A stretch of DNA of 63,799 nt, the filler included, from Platydemus manokwari (taxonomy: Eukaryota): the NCBI GenBank assembly GCA_037951405.1. It is 6 parts of 6 records of this genome, joined end to end, with 100 filler letters (N's around TTAATTAATTAA, not from the genome) between each part and the next. Parts side by side here need not be neighbours in the genome. Positions count along the whole stretch, not along the records: positions 1 to 10,278 come from JBBMOY011149660.1; positions 10,379 to 19,395 come from JBBMOY011313761.1; 4 more parts are not named here. One strand, given 5' to 3'. Position 1 is the first letter of the stretch; each line of letters begins with the position of its first letter. Below the pieces are notes generated by a model, which saw only the letters and a program-made list of their open reading frames with translations, searched no databases and was not told where the DNA came from. Positions 1 through 15,698 of the stretch are shown here, piece after piece. Position numbers and translations under genes: made by a program.

Positions 1-3000
1 ACCTCAATTTACAAAATATTCCAAAATCACTATCCTTTTACTTTACCAATTTCATTAAACAGACTTGAATTTTTTGATATCAGAAGGTCTACTTTTACTT
101 TCTACAATAATTCGTTCAAATGAATTAATATTTTGATAACTCACTTAAGCTTATAGTGTTATATTAGTGAATTGTGATTTATTATCTTGATAGGAATTAA
201 TAACTTAACCTTGCTCAAATTAGCTCAAATAATGTAAAACTCACAAGTTTCACCCACTTTACTCAGCCACTTTCTTAACAAGAAAACCTCATAGACAATA
301 CTTCTATCAAATTCGATGACCATGCGAGCAATATTTCACATTGTAATTTTTAATTTTTTTATTAATTATTTATTAAACTTTCACGTAGTAAGTCATCAAA
401 ATCAAATAATAATGCATTATATTATTCCATGCGTTATATTTTAATTATAAAATAATCTTACCACATAAAAGCAGCCATAATATGTATTAATAATATTTTT
501 TTTTAAATTGATGTAAATAAACAAATTTCGTTCTAAGAGTTTTCTATTTATTCAAAATGTACATTATTGATTCAAGCGACTTGTGAGTCGTTAAAAAGAC
601 AAATAAAATAAAATATTAAAAAAATAATTATCAAAATTATTTTAATCCTAAAATTTTAAAATATCTAAATTTACTGCAGATTACCACTAAGACCAAGATT
701 TATCGATATTTATATCTTTTGAATTCATAAAATTATCTTTTACGTTTTAACACCGTTTTAGAAATAATTTTAAAAAGTCATATTCGACTCAAGTAATGAA
801 CAAATTTCAGTAATAATAAAAATTTTGTATATGAAATTTGTAAACAAATTTAAGTTATTTTCAGAATAGTAACGATATTTCTCCTGTCTCGGCCAAAGAC
901 TCTAGTGACAGATATGAGAAGCATGTAGGTTTTTGTTGAAATAACCAGAGAGAATTTCTAAATCAATTAATAATATATTAATCAAATATAATAGCATGAA
1001 TAACATAAGCCTTATCGTTCAAGATGAATATATAAAACCTGTAAATAATAAAATCAGTGTATTTTAAAAAAATTATAAAATTTATCAGTCAATATTAAAA
1101 GACAATAAAACTTAACACTTATGAACATTTTATCCAAAACCACTTTAAATACAAACATCTTGCTGAGAGAAGATTCAACTATAAATATTTTAAAACTGAA
1201 TTTTGTGAAAATATGATTTACCAACAATTGAATTTTTAAAAAATATTTTCGAGAAAAGTGTTGTAAACCTGAAATATGATTTTGATCCAAAAAAGAATTT
1301 ATATTAATCAAATATTGAACTTTTGAAATTTAGCCGGACAACATAAATTTGAATCTCAATGTATGTATAACATATTGCTTGTTTATGCCTTGAAAGCTGA
1401 TCTTACAAATAGTACTAGTATCATTATATCTTAAAAATAATGTTGTAATCTAATTAAAGCTTTTATTCACTGCTAGATAAGCCGGACTCTGTTAATGAAC
1501 TACCAAGTTTGAATATAAGCAAATTATTTTAAGAATAATTGATTGCGTTATTTGTATAGCAATAAAATTTTATCAAATGAATGAAGTTCTCATTTAAATA
1601 GTTTTACATTTTTTAATCAGTGAGATTGATTTTAATTATTAAATTAGATAACATTTTGTGAAATATTTGATTTATTATTTAATATTGGTTAGATAAAATT
1701 ATGTTGATCCTAAGGGGCTTCAATATTTTGTATGAAGACAAAACTATTGGTACAGTTATTACTGAAAAATCTAAATGTGAAAAATCTATTGTTTAATTAT
1801 TGTAAGCCATTCAAAACTGATTGCTGATGTCCGCAACTTTTATATCTTTTCTTAATTTATAAACGACAACTTTGAAGCATTTATTTAATGCGATTGTAAG
1901 CCACCATTACTTTAATAAACTACGCATAGAAAATTAATTGAAAATTCAAAACAAAATTATATTTGAATACAATCACTTGAATAAATTAATAGTAAATAAA
2001 ATTGGATTATCAATCTTTTAGATTCATTTTTTGAAAATCATCAATATCATTTTAAAATAAGTACAGCTCTTAGTAATAAAATTTATAATAAGCTTTTTAA
2101 ACAATAAAACAATGAAAAGAAATTTATAAACTACGCAACTCAATACTCAGTTGAGTCGCCGCTAAATTCATTACATTGACGGGGAAGAGTCTGAAATGTC
2201 CGATTGTTTATTGCAATGGCTAAGTGTCAATAAGTAGTTACCTAAAATTATTAAATTGTGTTTACAAAAATCCAATGATAAATGTACGTGGACTAAGTCG
2301 GTAAAACAAAGTTATCTTCTTGTAAAATTGTGGTTCAAAAAATATTTCAATTAATCCGCACTTCAGAATAGCTTCAAGCTTTTTACAATCATTATGTCCT
2401 ATCAATATTCAATAACTACGACAATTATAAAAGATACATTATTCATATCATAAAATTCTTAATTTCTTAGATTTGTAAGAAAATGTAGATTAAATAGTTT
2501 TTGCTATGACGTAATAGAAAAGATTTCATGCAATTTGAGCAATTTTGTGAATTATAGAAATTTCTCTATTCAAAAACGAACTTAACAGAAATTTCCATTG
2601 AAATGATTGCATAATTGTGGGTTTTTTTGATAATTCAAGGCGGAACGCTTGAAAATTACAGCTTAAGAAAGTCTGAGAAGTTGTGGAAAAGCAAAGCTGT
2701 GATAAATAAGTCCTGCCCTTATAGAGTCAGGTAAAGCGGGACTGAAACATAACGTAATTGTCTGTATTTACAATGTTTTATTAGATAAATAGCATTTTTT
2801 GGACTTTATTACTCGAAAACAAGTCTTACGAAGATCATAACGATAAATGTATGCTATATTAACATTTTGATAAGTTAACAATTAAAATCATATATAAAGA
2901 CCTTCATTATTCTGATGTGGCTTAGCAAAATTAACATGATTGACATTTCTTAATTAAATTATTTTAGCAAAGATTAATCTTGAAATTTGAAATGAATTTA

Positions 3001-3964
3001 CAAACTTTCTTTTACAAATATAAAATAATCAAATAAAAATTCATAATTTAATAATTCATGAAAATGAATTTCAGAAGCTAAGAGAACCAGGAAAAAATCC
3101 ATCATTTAAAAAGATGATATTTAGAATTTAATATTCCACAAAAATTGAGGCATGCATCTGTAGAATAAACAGATCGTTCGTGGCACTTTCAACTGGATAT
3201 ATTAGGTTTCGATGTAAGTAGATATTAATTAAACTATGTTTTGAGAAAAAATTCTATACAATGCTATTTCTGGGAAAAAAAATTAGAGGACATTCGTTTG
3301 TTGGAATTCATGCCAATGAAACTTTGTAAAACAGTTTCGGCAACAGTTTGTTTTACCAAACACACATGAATATTATTTATAAGAAGGAAAATAGTTGAGT
3401 TCATTTTAGTCGGTCTTAATTTTTAATTTTTATTGATAAAATAGAGTATTCATAGACTTTTATTTAGGATAAAACTATTTCAGTGAACCAGATTAACAAA
3501 ATAATGGCAAATTCAGATTAAAAGCCAAGCAAAATCTGAAAAATAGGGAACATTTGTTGCGTTCTTTGTAATCTAATAGAATTAACTGAATTTAATCAAT
3601 TATTTCATTTATACTTATATCTAATCACTTTTTAATATCTTCTTGGCTAAGAGAAGCAACCATAAAAATATATCATTGTTGGAATATCTGAAATTAGATA
3701 ATCAAAAAATTTTCCAACACATAAAATTAATCACCAATGATGTATAATTCAAGAGTTATGGTTGAAAAGCTCAAGATCTAATAGTGAAATTTTACAATAT
3801 GAACTCTTTTGAATCAAGACCAGATTATTCTATTCATATTTCTGAGAAAACATAAAATTTTCGATAAGTATATAAATAATAAAATTACCATCCAGTCATC
3901 AAGTGATCGACGTGTTCGGATGAAATCCAAAATAATCAATAATAAACAACATCAAACTTGACTT

Positions 3965-4275
3965 TAAATTGGCAGTTGGACATCAGTATTTGTACTTGAG
4001 ATTTGTGTATCATTTTGTATCATATTTTGATTTGATATTTTATTTCTTATTGGATTTATTGATTTTGTGTACTTGGGATTGGTCAATCCCTATATGTGTT
4101 ACTGTATAATTAAGCAAATATTTTTAATTAAAATTTTTAATTTAAATCAGCTTTGATTGGTTGGTTACTATCCCTGTATTGCTGTGTGGTTATGTAAGAA
4201 CTTAATGATCTAAAATAAGGGTTCCAAAGTGCAAAATCGTTTTTCTTTTGCAAAATTTTCGTCTCTATTCAACAT
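3965..4275. repeat. Dispersed repeat, copy 1 (diverged direct copy at ~7767-8090)
   Basis: Shared collinear blocks taaattggcagttg / gatttgtgt / gatttgatattttatt / gggattggtcaat / tgtgttact / gattggttggtt / ttccaa..caaaatc. Confidence 0.75.
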
Positions 4276-4849
4276 TATTGATTATTTTATCCATTATATC
4301 CTCAGTGGTTGACATCTACCTCAGACAACTGAGATTGTTGAACGAGATAATATTAATCAGAAACACGAATATTCGTAATTAAAGCTTTTAAAAATCTGCC
4401 GATTTCCATACTGACAACATGCGATCTACCACTGAACAATGATTTATGATCTATAAAAATGAGAATTACCTTATCTGGTATAATGTGTTTGAAATATATA
4501 AATAATAAATATTTGGAGACATTATTTCAACTACCTTCGGAAATATTAATTAAGTTTGGACCTTGGACTTAAGAAATTGAATAATTGAAGCTACAAGCTA
4601 AGAAAATTAGACAATCCATTGAAACCAATAGATTTCAACTGGAAGACAAATAAATATAATAAGGTTAAAATGAAGGTATAAATAAAGAGGGCCTTTGTTC
4701 AGTCTTCGATCATAATTTTACTGACACAAATATATGTAAGAGAATTTAATAACTTGGACGAGAATTATCTGAGTAAGAATATATTAGCGAGGAAGCTATA
4801 ATTATTTGAGACAATTTTTGGAAACGAGTGTGAGTATATATAAATTGAC

Positions 4850-5620
4850 ATCGAGTGAATTCAGTGATAGGATTAAATCTAGAATTCATTTGACTTGGAT
4901 AAGGATAATCTTATTGGTGTGTTTTGATATTTTCTCAATCATAAAATCTGAATCAAATTAAGAGAAAAATGATGACAGTCCTAATTATATCTTTTTATAA
5001 AAAATATTTGTTAATAAACTATTTAAATAAATCTATATTATTTTTTTATCAGCTTAACAAACTCTAGCCTAAGGTTCCATTATCGAACTCACCTGCTGAA
5101 TTAAAAGAACTACATAATGATTAATTATAGCAACATAAGATATTGAAATTCAAGTTGTTGGATAAAATCTTTATTATCTTTTTTACAATTTTTTATTAAA
5201 AATAAAGTCGAAAGATCGTAAGCCTAATCTTATATTATCAAGACAATCATGTGATGTTTGAGACCTCAAGAGAATTAAAAAAAAATAATAATAACAAGAC
5301 ATAAAATTATTGATCTCGTGAAAAAAACGAACTCAAGCTCAACTATGAAACATCTAACAAACTGCCATTTAAAAATTTAAAATATTGTGAAAAATTGTCG
5401 AATAATAAGACACGCGCCTCACAATTCATATAATAACAACTGGAATAATCATGAGTTCCACTGAGGATTAATATTTATGTCAATTGTTTCTTTGAAAATT
5501 CAAGTTAGTCGTATAAAATAGTACACCCACTAATTGAGAAGATTATTTCAAAAAGCTACTTCACGTGTCTATTAACAATCGATACGATTCAGAATGACCC
5601 GGGAATTCAATGACTAAAAA
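4850..5620 (+). mobile_element. Highly decayed Ty3/Gypsy-like pol remnant
   Basis: Faint RT-like (LSNSPA) and RNase H-like (DxKP) traces in broken frames. Confidence 0.25.
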
Positions 5621-7766
5621 TACACTAAATTAAAATTTATTTTTACGAGTATAATAATAAATTACTAAGAGATGATTCTTCGTTTGCATTATCGTAAGAA
5701 GACTATTTATAAGCAATGATGACATTAATTATTTCAATGATAACATAGCTTATTAATATTGATTTTATGATAAACAAACAGTAATAAAAATATTGATAAA
5801 ATAATGGCGAAGAATAATAATGAAATTAGAAGATGATTTTGTCGTTTGAAATTTGTTTAAATTTACATTACGATAAAATTTCACAAACAAATTGAAAACT
5901 ATTTATTTATGGAGAGCTTGTTGGTAATTCTTTTATTTGTTTGAGATATTTCAGGAAATTTCGGGATAAAGGGAGAAATAATTTCTCAAACTAAATTACT
6001 TGATTGGAGTTAAATATATTCATTTCAAATGGATATTTTGTTCTAATTGAATTTCAATTTTAATCTTAAATAAACAACTCTTTTAAATTTCTTAATAAAT
6101 CATTTTTTTTCAAGCTCATTTTAAAACCATATTCTTAACAGCTTAAAAAGTTCTTTTATTGTTAGCAGAATCGATGGAATTTTACTGGTTTTGTATATCA
6201 CAAGTTTGATTAAAATCTAATGTAAAACGAATCTACCAATAATCTAATTGTTATCGAGTTGTAGGTTGCGTGCATAAATCACTTATCAAAATTAAGATAG
6301 CAAAATTTTATTTTTATTGCAAATGAATGGATAGCGATAATAATATAATGATTAAGTAATATCATTGAAATTCAAAGTGTGGCATCGCCAATTTTAATTA
6401 TTTAGAATGATTTATCACGAAAAATATGTTAGATATTTACTGATTCTACGTATTCAAAGTTATAATTGTAGGAAACTAAGTCGTTTCACAGTCAAAATCT
6501 GACTAAAAAATCATTCAGTAATAAGGTTAATTAGCGGATAACAACCCGAAGTATGAAACAATGACAGAAACTGACGACCATTAAAGGTCGTCGGAATAAT
6601 CATACAAAGCAGCACGACAGATACAGAGTTCACTGACCATGTGGGATTGGTAATTTACCTGTTATGTTGCAATTTTACTATGTAAAAACTAGCTTATTGA
6701 CAGATTCTCTTTTATCACATATGTTATTGGATTATCGCAATATTCGTTCCTTGCTGTTGATGTGCGCCAATTGATAATAAAATTCTATTTATGGGTTGGT
6801 ATTCAAATAGTTATGAAATGTACTACTGTCAGAGCTAACCGAATCTAAGCTAGTCTGATATGAAGGAAAACAGATAAAATTGAGATTAAATACAAAATAA
6901 ATTAATAGTCGATAATCATTAAATCGAAATAATAGGAATAATTTTTAAACAGAAAAGATGACAATGTAACAATAGAATATAAGGGGAATTAAAATAAAAT
7001 TATCAGAATAAATAATTAATCAAAGAGACAAACGCCCACAAAGATCAAACCATATAAACGAAGAAAAGAAACCACTAGATTTGACTTTTGTTCGTTGTAA
7101 TCAAAAACTTGAGAAGATTGAGTCCATTTGTATTTGGTTTTTTATTGTCCGACCAATTACCAATAAGTATAAAAGTCTAAGTAAGCGATAATTCGTATAT
7201 AATACTGATCTATATTATAATCATTGTTTCTCTCATATTATCGAGTTTTGTCTCAAATTTCTAAGATAACTGATTTTGCTTCAAAAGTGTGAGGTCTTTT
7301 GACCACCTTTTATTCCAAGAAGTTGATAAAGTTCACGTCATAGTATTTGACTGTATTGTATTTTAAAATTATTTTTTAACTATTTATATTGATGTTGTAT
7401 TAGTAAGTTGCCTATAATGAACATTTTATTTGTCAAGCATCGGTTTTTGATCGATTACAAAAAACTTAAATTGTTGCTAACAACTAAACATAGGTTATAT
7501 AGTTAGAGGCATTAAGATTAAGTTTGATATTGAGATCGATAGTAAATTATAGGAATACTGTTACCACTCTTATCGTCATCATACGATAATGAAGTGGAAT
7601 CTGAAAAATTAACACTTGCAATGTTAAATGACGACAACGAAGATCCTAGATTCAAAATCATTCAAAAATATATTAAGTAATTGGAATATTGTTGAATCCA
7701 GAAGACTTCAATAATCATCAAAAACACTTGGCAAATCAAACAAAAGAAATATCGTACAAATCGGCT

Positions 7767-8090
7767 CTAAATTGGCAGTTGACTACATTGACATCATTAT
7801 TTATACTTGGGATTTGTGTGTCTCGCTTTGATTTGATATTTTATTACTCAACTTTTTTTGGATTTATCAATTTTCTAGAACGGGATTGGTCAATTCCTAC
7901 CTGTGTTACTCTCTAGTTATGTTCATTTTTCCAATTAGAATCTTCAATTTACATCCTCTCCGATTGGTTGGTTGCTATACCTGTATGATTGTTTTATACA
8001 CGCCTATGTTTAAAGTGCCAAAACAAGGATTCCAAGGTTCAAAATCATTCTTCTTTTCTGTGTTTTCATTTTTACCCAACGATATATTAA
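7767..8090. repeat. Dispersed repeat, copy 2 (homologous to ~3965-4275)
   Basis: Same collinear blocks; it explains the two short overlapping ORFs at 7689 and 7886. Confidence 0.75.
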
Positions 8091-10278
8091 ATTCCTTGCG
8101 GCCAATGCTTTAAATAAATAAAATTACCCATAATGTTAAGTAAATGTTTGTTAAGAATGAAATTCCTATGATAAAAAGCTTTACGCTTTAAACAGGAATT
8201 TATATTTCCTTTGGATTTTTAAGTTTGGTTGTCTTTTTCTATTTCTCTTTCTATATTTATAGTTACTTTGCTATCTATTTCAGGTCACGCCGCTGCTCAC
8301 ATGACTGAATTAAATTTACTTGTTAATAAAAATATGCTCCTTGACATTTCCGTCCAATTAAGACATTTTCATTGATATTTTTATAAACGAATTTCGATTA
8401 CTAGTGCTTGAAATCATTTTTAAATGTCATATCAAACACCATCATTCAACAACCCCTTGATTTTCTAAACTATAATAAAATTATTATTTTATACTGCTTA
8501 GACTATATATAATGCTTCTCGTTACAAAAGTTGAAATTGAAATTGACCTAAAATTACTTGGATAAAACAATTTATTAAATGTTGTTATTTCTGATTTGAA
8601 TGTCTGTAATTCAAATAATCTTGATTATCAGCTGTAATGTCACTTTAATTGTTATTTTTAACTCTGGAATAGGGGTGTGAAACATTATTTTGGGGGGCGT
8701 CTAAAATTTGATAAAATTATTAATTAACAAAAAAACACAATTTGTATAATATCTTGCTATGAAGGAGATATTTATTTCATTTAAATAGTATTCCATATGG
8801 CAGTTATGACCTATTACGGGGCCAATTTTTGGGGCGTCAGTAGCTAATATAATAAAAATTGGGCGTAATTTAAGCAGTTTGAGCAGCCCTCATCGAGAAA
8901 ATGAATTACATGTTTATTTACAAGATTCAAACTATGTTAGTTCCTTCTAATTTATCAATTTTTTTGTTTATCATTTTTTTTCATTTCAACGAAGTTTATT
9001 TTAGATTGATTTTTATTGATTTATCATTTTTTTGCACTGAAAACTATTAATAAGGAGCCACTTGATTCAAATATTGATAATTTTTCTATTTTTTAAAATA
9101 ATTTTTGTCCACGATTTCTGTATATCATTATCAAACATAGGTATTGTATTTATAAATTAAATATATGGGACTTTCTAATAAATAATATATTTAACACATT
9201 TTATTACTTTTATTGATCTTGATTCCTAAAGTTAATTTATAGTTTGGTTTCATCGTGTTGTATTATACTTTTATATTTTATTTATGTTAATCATTATGAT
9301 AATCATTTCGGTACAATAACTCCTTCCTGGATTTTATACATCGAGATTCGTGAATGAGAGTTAAAATTTAAGATACTATTTTATGTAAATCAATGTACAC
9401 GAAAGATAATGTGTAAGCATACCATTGCTTTATGTCTGAGCTTCGAAGACCAATGTTTGATAAAATAGTTATGTTGCTCAAATTACACTGAAGGTTGCGA
9501 CTTTTCTAGTTACCTTTACTACATCTTTCATGTCGGAATTATTTTTTATTTATCGAATAACTTTCTCTGTTTCTGGATGTCATAACAACTTGCAAGTACA
9601 TTCTATCATTTCTCTTCTTTTACCACGCTTTTTTGAATATATATAATCCATTTCTAATCAATTCTTTTCCCTTATTCTCAGTCATTATGGTTAATATTCT
9701 GGTTATCATTTTTCTTTTGCTTACATTCTTATCTTCAGTCACGCACTGTGAACATGTGAACTCTACTTGATAATACGGGTTCAAATTTAATCTCTCAAAA
9801 ATTAGTCAATATTAAATCTATTAAAATCAATACTGTGTAGAAAATTCTGTGCCAATAATTATCAATAAATTCCTATATTAGAAATTTATTTACTAATTAT
9901 AATTTTTAATTCGAATAAACAACTGCTTTAATTTAAATAATTAATTTTAATTTAATTTTAATATTCATTTCTTTATATTTATTTTTTTTCGGTAATTATT
10001 ATTTTCTTTCAGTTTTATTTATTTATTTTTATCGTCAACAATATCAAATTCTTGTCTTTGAATTTCTTTCAGTTAATTACTGTTTTATTACTTCATTTTA
10101 ATTAATTATTTTTACTTCGATTGTATTGATAGAACAATTACGTTATAGGACTGTTAACTAATACACTACTAAATCAAAGAAGCAACCATTTTACCACTAC
10201 TAGTATATTCTATTTCAATGTCTTCCAGTAATTTTAATATATTTTTGTTAATAACGTTAATTCTTGCTCCTGTATCTA

Positions 10279-10378
10279 NNNNNNNNNNNNNNNNNNNNNN
10301 NNNNNNNNNNNNNNNNNNNNNNTTAATTAATTAANNNNNNNNNNNNNNNNNNNNNNNNNNNNNNNNNNNNNNNNNNNN
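10279..10378. other. Artificial contig spacer N44-TTAATTAATTAA-N44
   Basis: Exactly 100 nt with a central all-frame stop linker; the same structure recurs five times. Confidence 0.97.
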
Positions 10379-10708
10379 CTTTAGATCTATAATGATTGAA
10401 ATTGTAGCTTTCTATAATTTTTTTATCTCAAAATGTTAACACTGTCAAATAGTGTAACGAATCTAACGAATAAGTAACAAATCTTTCAGCCACAAAACTG
10501 TTGTCTAGGTAGTAGCATTTAAATCCATCATCAAAAGCACTGGCAGGAATATAGATTTGTAACTGAATTTTCCTTGTTGAGTTCTGTTATTTACATGTTT
10601 CGGTATATCCAATTTCAGCACCAATATTATTTACTGGGCTGCATTTCCTTTCAAATCTTCTAGTTTTGCCAGACATTCTCTAATTTTTAGTAAAATAAAT
10701 CATCATAC

Positions 10709-10784
10709 CTGCAACTGTGGCAGTGTTGCAACAACATATTCTCTGTAATGCTCAAAGTCAGCACAAGGGTTCCCTGTCATGAAC
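10709..10784 (-). CDS. LRRC6: Isolated exon of LRRC6/DNAAF11 (TilB)-like dynein assembly factor, LRR-cap region
   Basis: Flanked by aag| and |gtatga; translates [25 protein letters not shown], matching the LRRC6 LRRcap (GNPC.xFx[12 protein letters not shown]); no other exons found. Confidence 0.7.
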
Positions 10785-11746
10785 CTTTGAAGAGATATGG
10801 ACAAAATGTTTTATAAATACTAAAATGAGATTCGATCAATGGAAAGAATATGAAATTTTTACACAGAAGTAGAATGAAGAATATATTGACGAATAAAATC
10901 TACTAATTTAGTAGGGGGTCCTTAAATACCCACCAACCCAGCAGTTCTATATTTTAGCTGTGCTTATTTTGAGTTATTTTACTTTTAGTTTGAAAATCTG
11001 AAATCATATGTGGTGAAGAATTTAGAAAAATATCGACTGAAGAGAAAATAAATTGACAAAAATATCTTTTGAAAAAAATATTTTAAAAATACGAGAATAA
11101 CTAAACTTTTATGTTCGGAGAAATTATTATTTTATAAAAATCGATAATATTTCAAATGATTAAATATTATAATACACAAACAATCGATCCTTTAAAAGAC
11201 AAACACAAATCTTGACAATGCTCGATAGTTTGGGACCAGCTAAAGCATGCCATTGGTTGAATCGAACTACGACGTCATAGCATAAATATAAACAAAAATT
11301 GATTTTATTATTCGTTAATTTTTTTGATTGATTGTTGTATCGATTTGTCAATATGTTAATCGAATTTCAGATCGATCAATAATAAACAACAAATATTCAC
11401 ATGAATGAGTCATAAAATCAAAAAAAATAAATTATTGCTCATTTCCGTGGATCTTATCACATATTGCTAATATTCTCCTCTAAATATATAAGAACAGGCT
11501 ACAATCGAGGGAAAGCAATGTCATTACAAAGTAGTCTGTTTCCTGTTATTGATAAACATAATTAAAACAAAGCTCATAATCTTTTGAAGTGAGGAAAAAA
11601 ACTAATGAAAGATCAAACCAGTTTTCTACAAATGATTTGTTGTAAATGACAACTTAGAATTTCATCAAATTCATTTGAAATGAATAATTCTACTATATAG
11701 CTCACATTTTCTATATAATTGAGCATATTCATCTATTACATTTCAG

Positions 11747-11974
11747 ATCCGTCTTTCAATATCAAGTCTCAATGGCCAATGGGAGCGAATCTGGTTCCAG
11801 GTAGTCATATATTAGTTTTAGAAAAGCACTGTCATCTAGATATTGTTCTCATTTAAGAGTACTGTAATTCCTCCTATATATCGACACCATTTAACCAATA
11901 CTCGAGAGCAACGAACATATTTCAAGGCAAACAACACCAACAGAATTCCACCAATGGACAGTGGAGACCTCAGG
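11747..11974 (+). CDS. Probable upstream coding exons of the ETS gene (11747-11800, 11858-11974)
   Basis: GT-AG boundaries, 57-nt intron, open frame DPSFNIKSQWPMGANLVP/EYCNSSYIST...GQWRPQ; the phase-1 donor at 11975 fits the phase-1 acceptor at 14713. Confidence 0.55.
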
Positions 11975-14059
11975 GTAATTAGCTTTTTTTTAAAAATTAA
12001 GTTTCTTATAAATTTATATCTTGATATATATATATATATATATGTATTGATTGAATTTAAATCCATATCTATTCCTATATTCAATGAATTTCTAGATCAA
12101 TAATCTAAAGAATTTAAAGCATTAAATGAAAACAATTAAATCTCGGAAAACAATGCTGTTGTCGTTTAATAAATTTTGATTAATCTTCATTAATCCTCCT
12201 TTCCGATGCCATCTTTTCCCATTTATTCCACAACCACCAGCAAGCAAAGGCAACAAGTATGAAACAGCGATCGACCAATAGTAATTTAACTGGTCTATTA
12301 GATTTCCGCTTTATATTTTGTGTTAAAGAAATGATTGATTAATTTACTACTTGTTAGCAAGTTGTCAGTAGTAGATTCAACGGAAATTCGTGAAGCTAGT
12401 TAGCATTGAAGACAGGAAATGCATTAGCTCAGGCACATCGGCCTGACAACTACCTGAACAAGAAGAAATAATGTAGCATGGTTGAGATGGGGAGTTTAAG
12501 GAATCTAGATAAACAGAGCGGATATTCATTAGCAAGAAGGCATCCTATTGTTGATTAATGATGATATAAATATGCGGGTAGAGAAATTCGCTTTAAACAA
12601 CTCTGTGATTCGATGAGATATTACTCAGTGAGTTTGTCGATATTTGTAAACTGTATTACGAAGACGCCATTTTAATTTAAGAAATACCTCAAAGAATAAA
12701 TAATGTATTTTTATTTTATTGGGAACTCACTTAATTGTTTATTGGTGGATGTTTCGATTTTGTAAATGGTGAAAAATAATTGAATTTTTATGGACTTCCT
12801 GGATATAATTAACTAATCAATGGATTCGATTTATTATCCACGAAAACCAAACATTGAAAAACTGCCTCAACCTTTTTAATGACAACACGATTTCAACTCG
12901 ATAGATTTCAGTGGGAATTTTCATTTTACAAATCGTTTAAAAATTTCTTGATGACATCTGTCCTGACAGATAGTGAAAAACAGTACGAGGTGAAATAAAA
13001 ATCATCTGAACGGGGTTTAATTTTATAATGTCAAAAATATATAAATTCCTAAATTAATTAACATCGAAATAATAGCAAATATTTCTTTGATTTTGACAAA
13101 AAAAAATCCAACACACTTTGGTTTGATTTCACTGAAGGTTTGTTTGGAAATATTTCTTTTAAAAAAAAAAATTAATCAAACAACTTTCAATATTGGATTT
13201 TGCTAATGAATTTCCATTAAAAGTCTCAAACAATGTTTCAGTTTTTATTTTTCAATGTCCTCATTTTGCTTAGCAAGTTTATATTTAGAAATATTTCCAA
13301 TTAAGGAATTGTTGAGACGAATATTATAAATTCGTTTCATTTTAAAAAGCAAAATAAACTTTTGTAATAATAATATTGTTACGGTTATTATTATTAGCAA
13401 TGCCATTCCGTTGTTAGGATAATGATAACCTCAACTCTATTTTAATATGAATCCTAAACGGTATAAATTTAATCACAGCAAACTCAGCAGCAATTCATTT
13501 AATATTTAAAAATGGCATTAGTTGTACTGTTATAAATTCTACTAACTTTAAAAATTTAAATTCTTTCAATTATTGATTATTTGATTTGAGCGTGTTTATT
13601 CAATTCCAACCATGCCACGGTGTCAATTTTATTGAACTGTGCATGTCTATATTGTGAAGAATTTTAATAAAACAATGAACTGTCTCAAAGTAGTTCAACT
13701 TTTTGAAATTTTTTTACGGCAAACCAATTGATTGCAATTCAATTGGTTCTTTAATCGAGCTATTTGAAATCTTGTCATTTCAAAAATTTTCCATTCAACC
13801 TATTTTTAAAATGAACTTGGATCTCAAAATCTATCGTTTTTCTTTTTGATGAGAGTGACTAAGCTTGTGTGAAGATTTCATGTCTTTACTATAACAAGAT
13901 CCTCAACTCACAGAACAAATTCTTTAGAAAGATGAAGCCAAGTTCTATCTTAATTGATCGGTTAATTATTTTAACTGTGTTTATCGATATGATGAATAAC
14001 AAAATTGACTTCATAGAAAATCCACAGATCAACGCGTGTTTGGGTGCAATATGAAGATA

Positions 14060-14300
14060 CTGTCCTATTTCTTCAGGATAAAATTATTTCTCAATGGATC
14101 GAAACATGCTTACAATTGTTGTAGAACACTGTAGTGTGCTCAGGCAAGATGGTACCTGGTCGCATTTCTACGAACTCGTCATCAGCTATTTGAACTATGC
14201 ATTGCTAAAACGTTGGATTGGTCGCAGTCATTGGCCGTTTTTATTTCACGTGATTTCTTTCTGTAGGGTAATGTGAAAACATTACTGTATCAATGATATC
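14060..14300 (+). mobile_element. Tc1/mariner-superfamily transposase remnant inside an ETS intron
   Basis: RQDGTWSH...YLN...RWIGRSHWP resembles the FQQDGAxxH...RWIGR...WP catalytic-region motif. Confidence 0.6.
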
Positions 14301-14696
14301 ATCCTCAAACATTTACGACGAAATCCATGACTTTTTTGTCTCTTTTTATATATTTTTCATTATCTGCAACCTGTCTGGCGAGCATCTACTTTTCATACAT
14401 ACATTTATTAATTTACAATTTATTCGGTCTACTTTCGGGGTTGAAATATGTTCTTAAGAAATCTCGTTTTTTAATTTGTCTTATAATTTTTGGTCACCTT
14501 TAAGAATTTAGGCAATTTTTCACTTTGAGTATTTTTATTAGTAATTTTAAAATGAATGTGACATTCCTAATTTTTTACTCTTTCATTTTCATTTGGCTGC
14601 TAGTCAATGTCATCATTATTAATACTATTATTATATTATGGCTACTACTATTGTTATTATTATGATTATTACTCTTGATTATAATTATAATTATAA

Positions 14697-15698
<1,002 letters not shown>

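Noticed and set aside
6571-6594. CTGACGA-initiated 9-bp hairpin as a hammerhead core
   Set aside because: No GAAA after a stem II and no stem I/III; the motif is itself paired. Only a simple hairpin
10323-10334. TTAATTAATTAA as a biological motif (piggyBac TTAA or PacI site)
   Set aside because: Always centred in N44 flanks; an assembly linker
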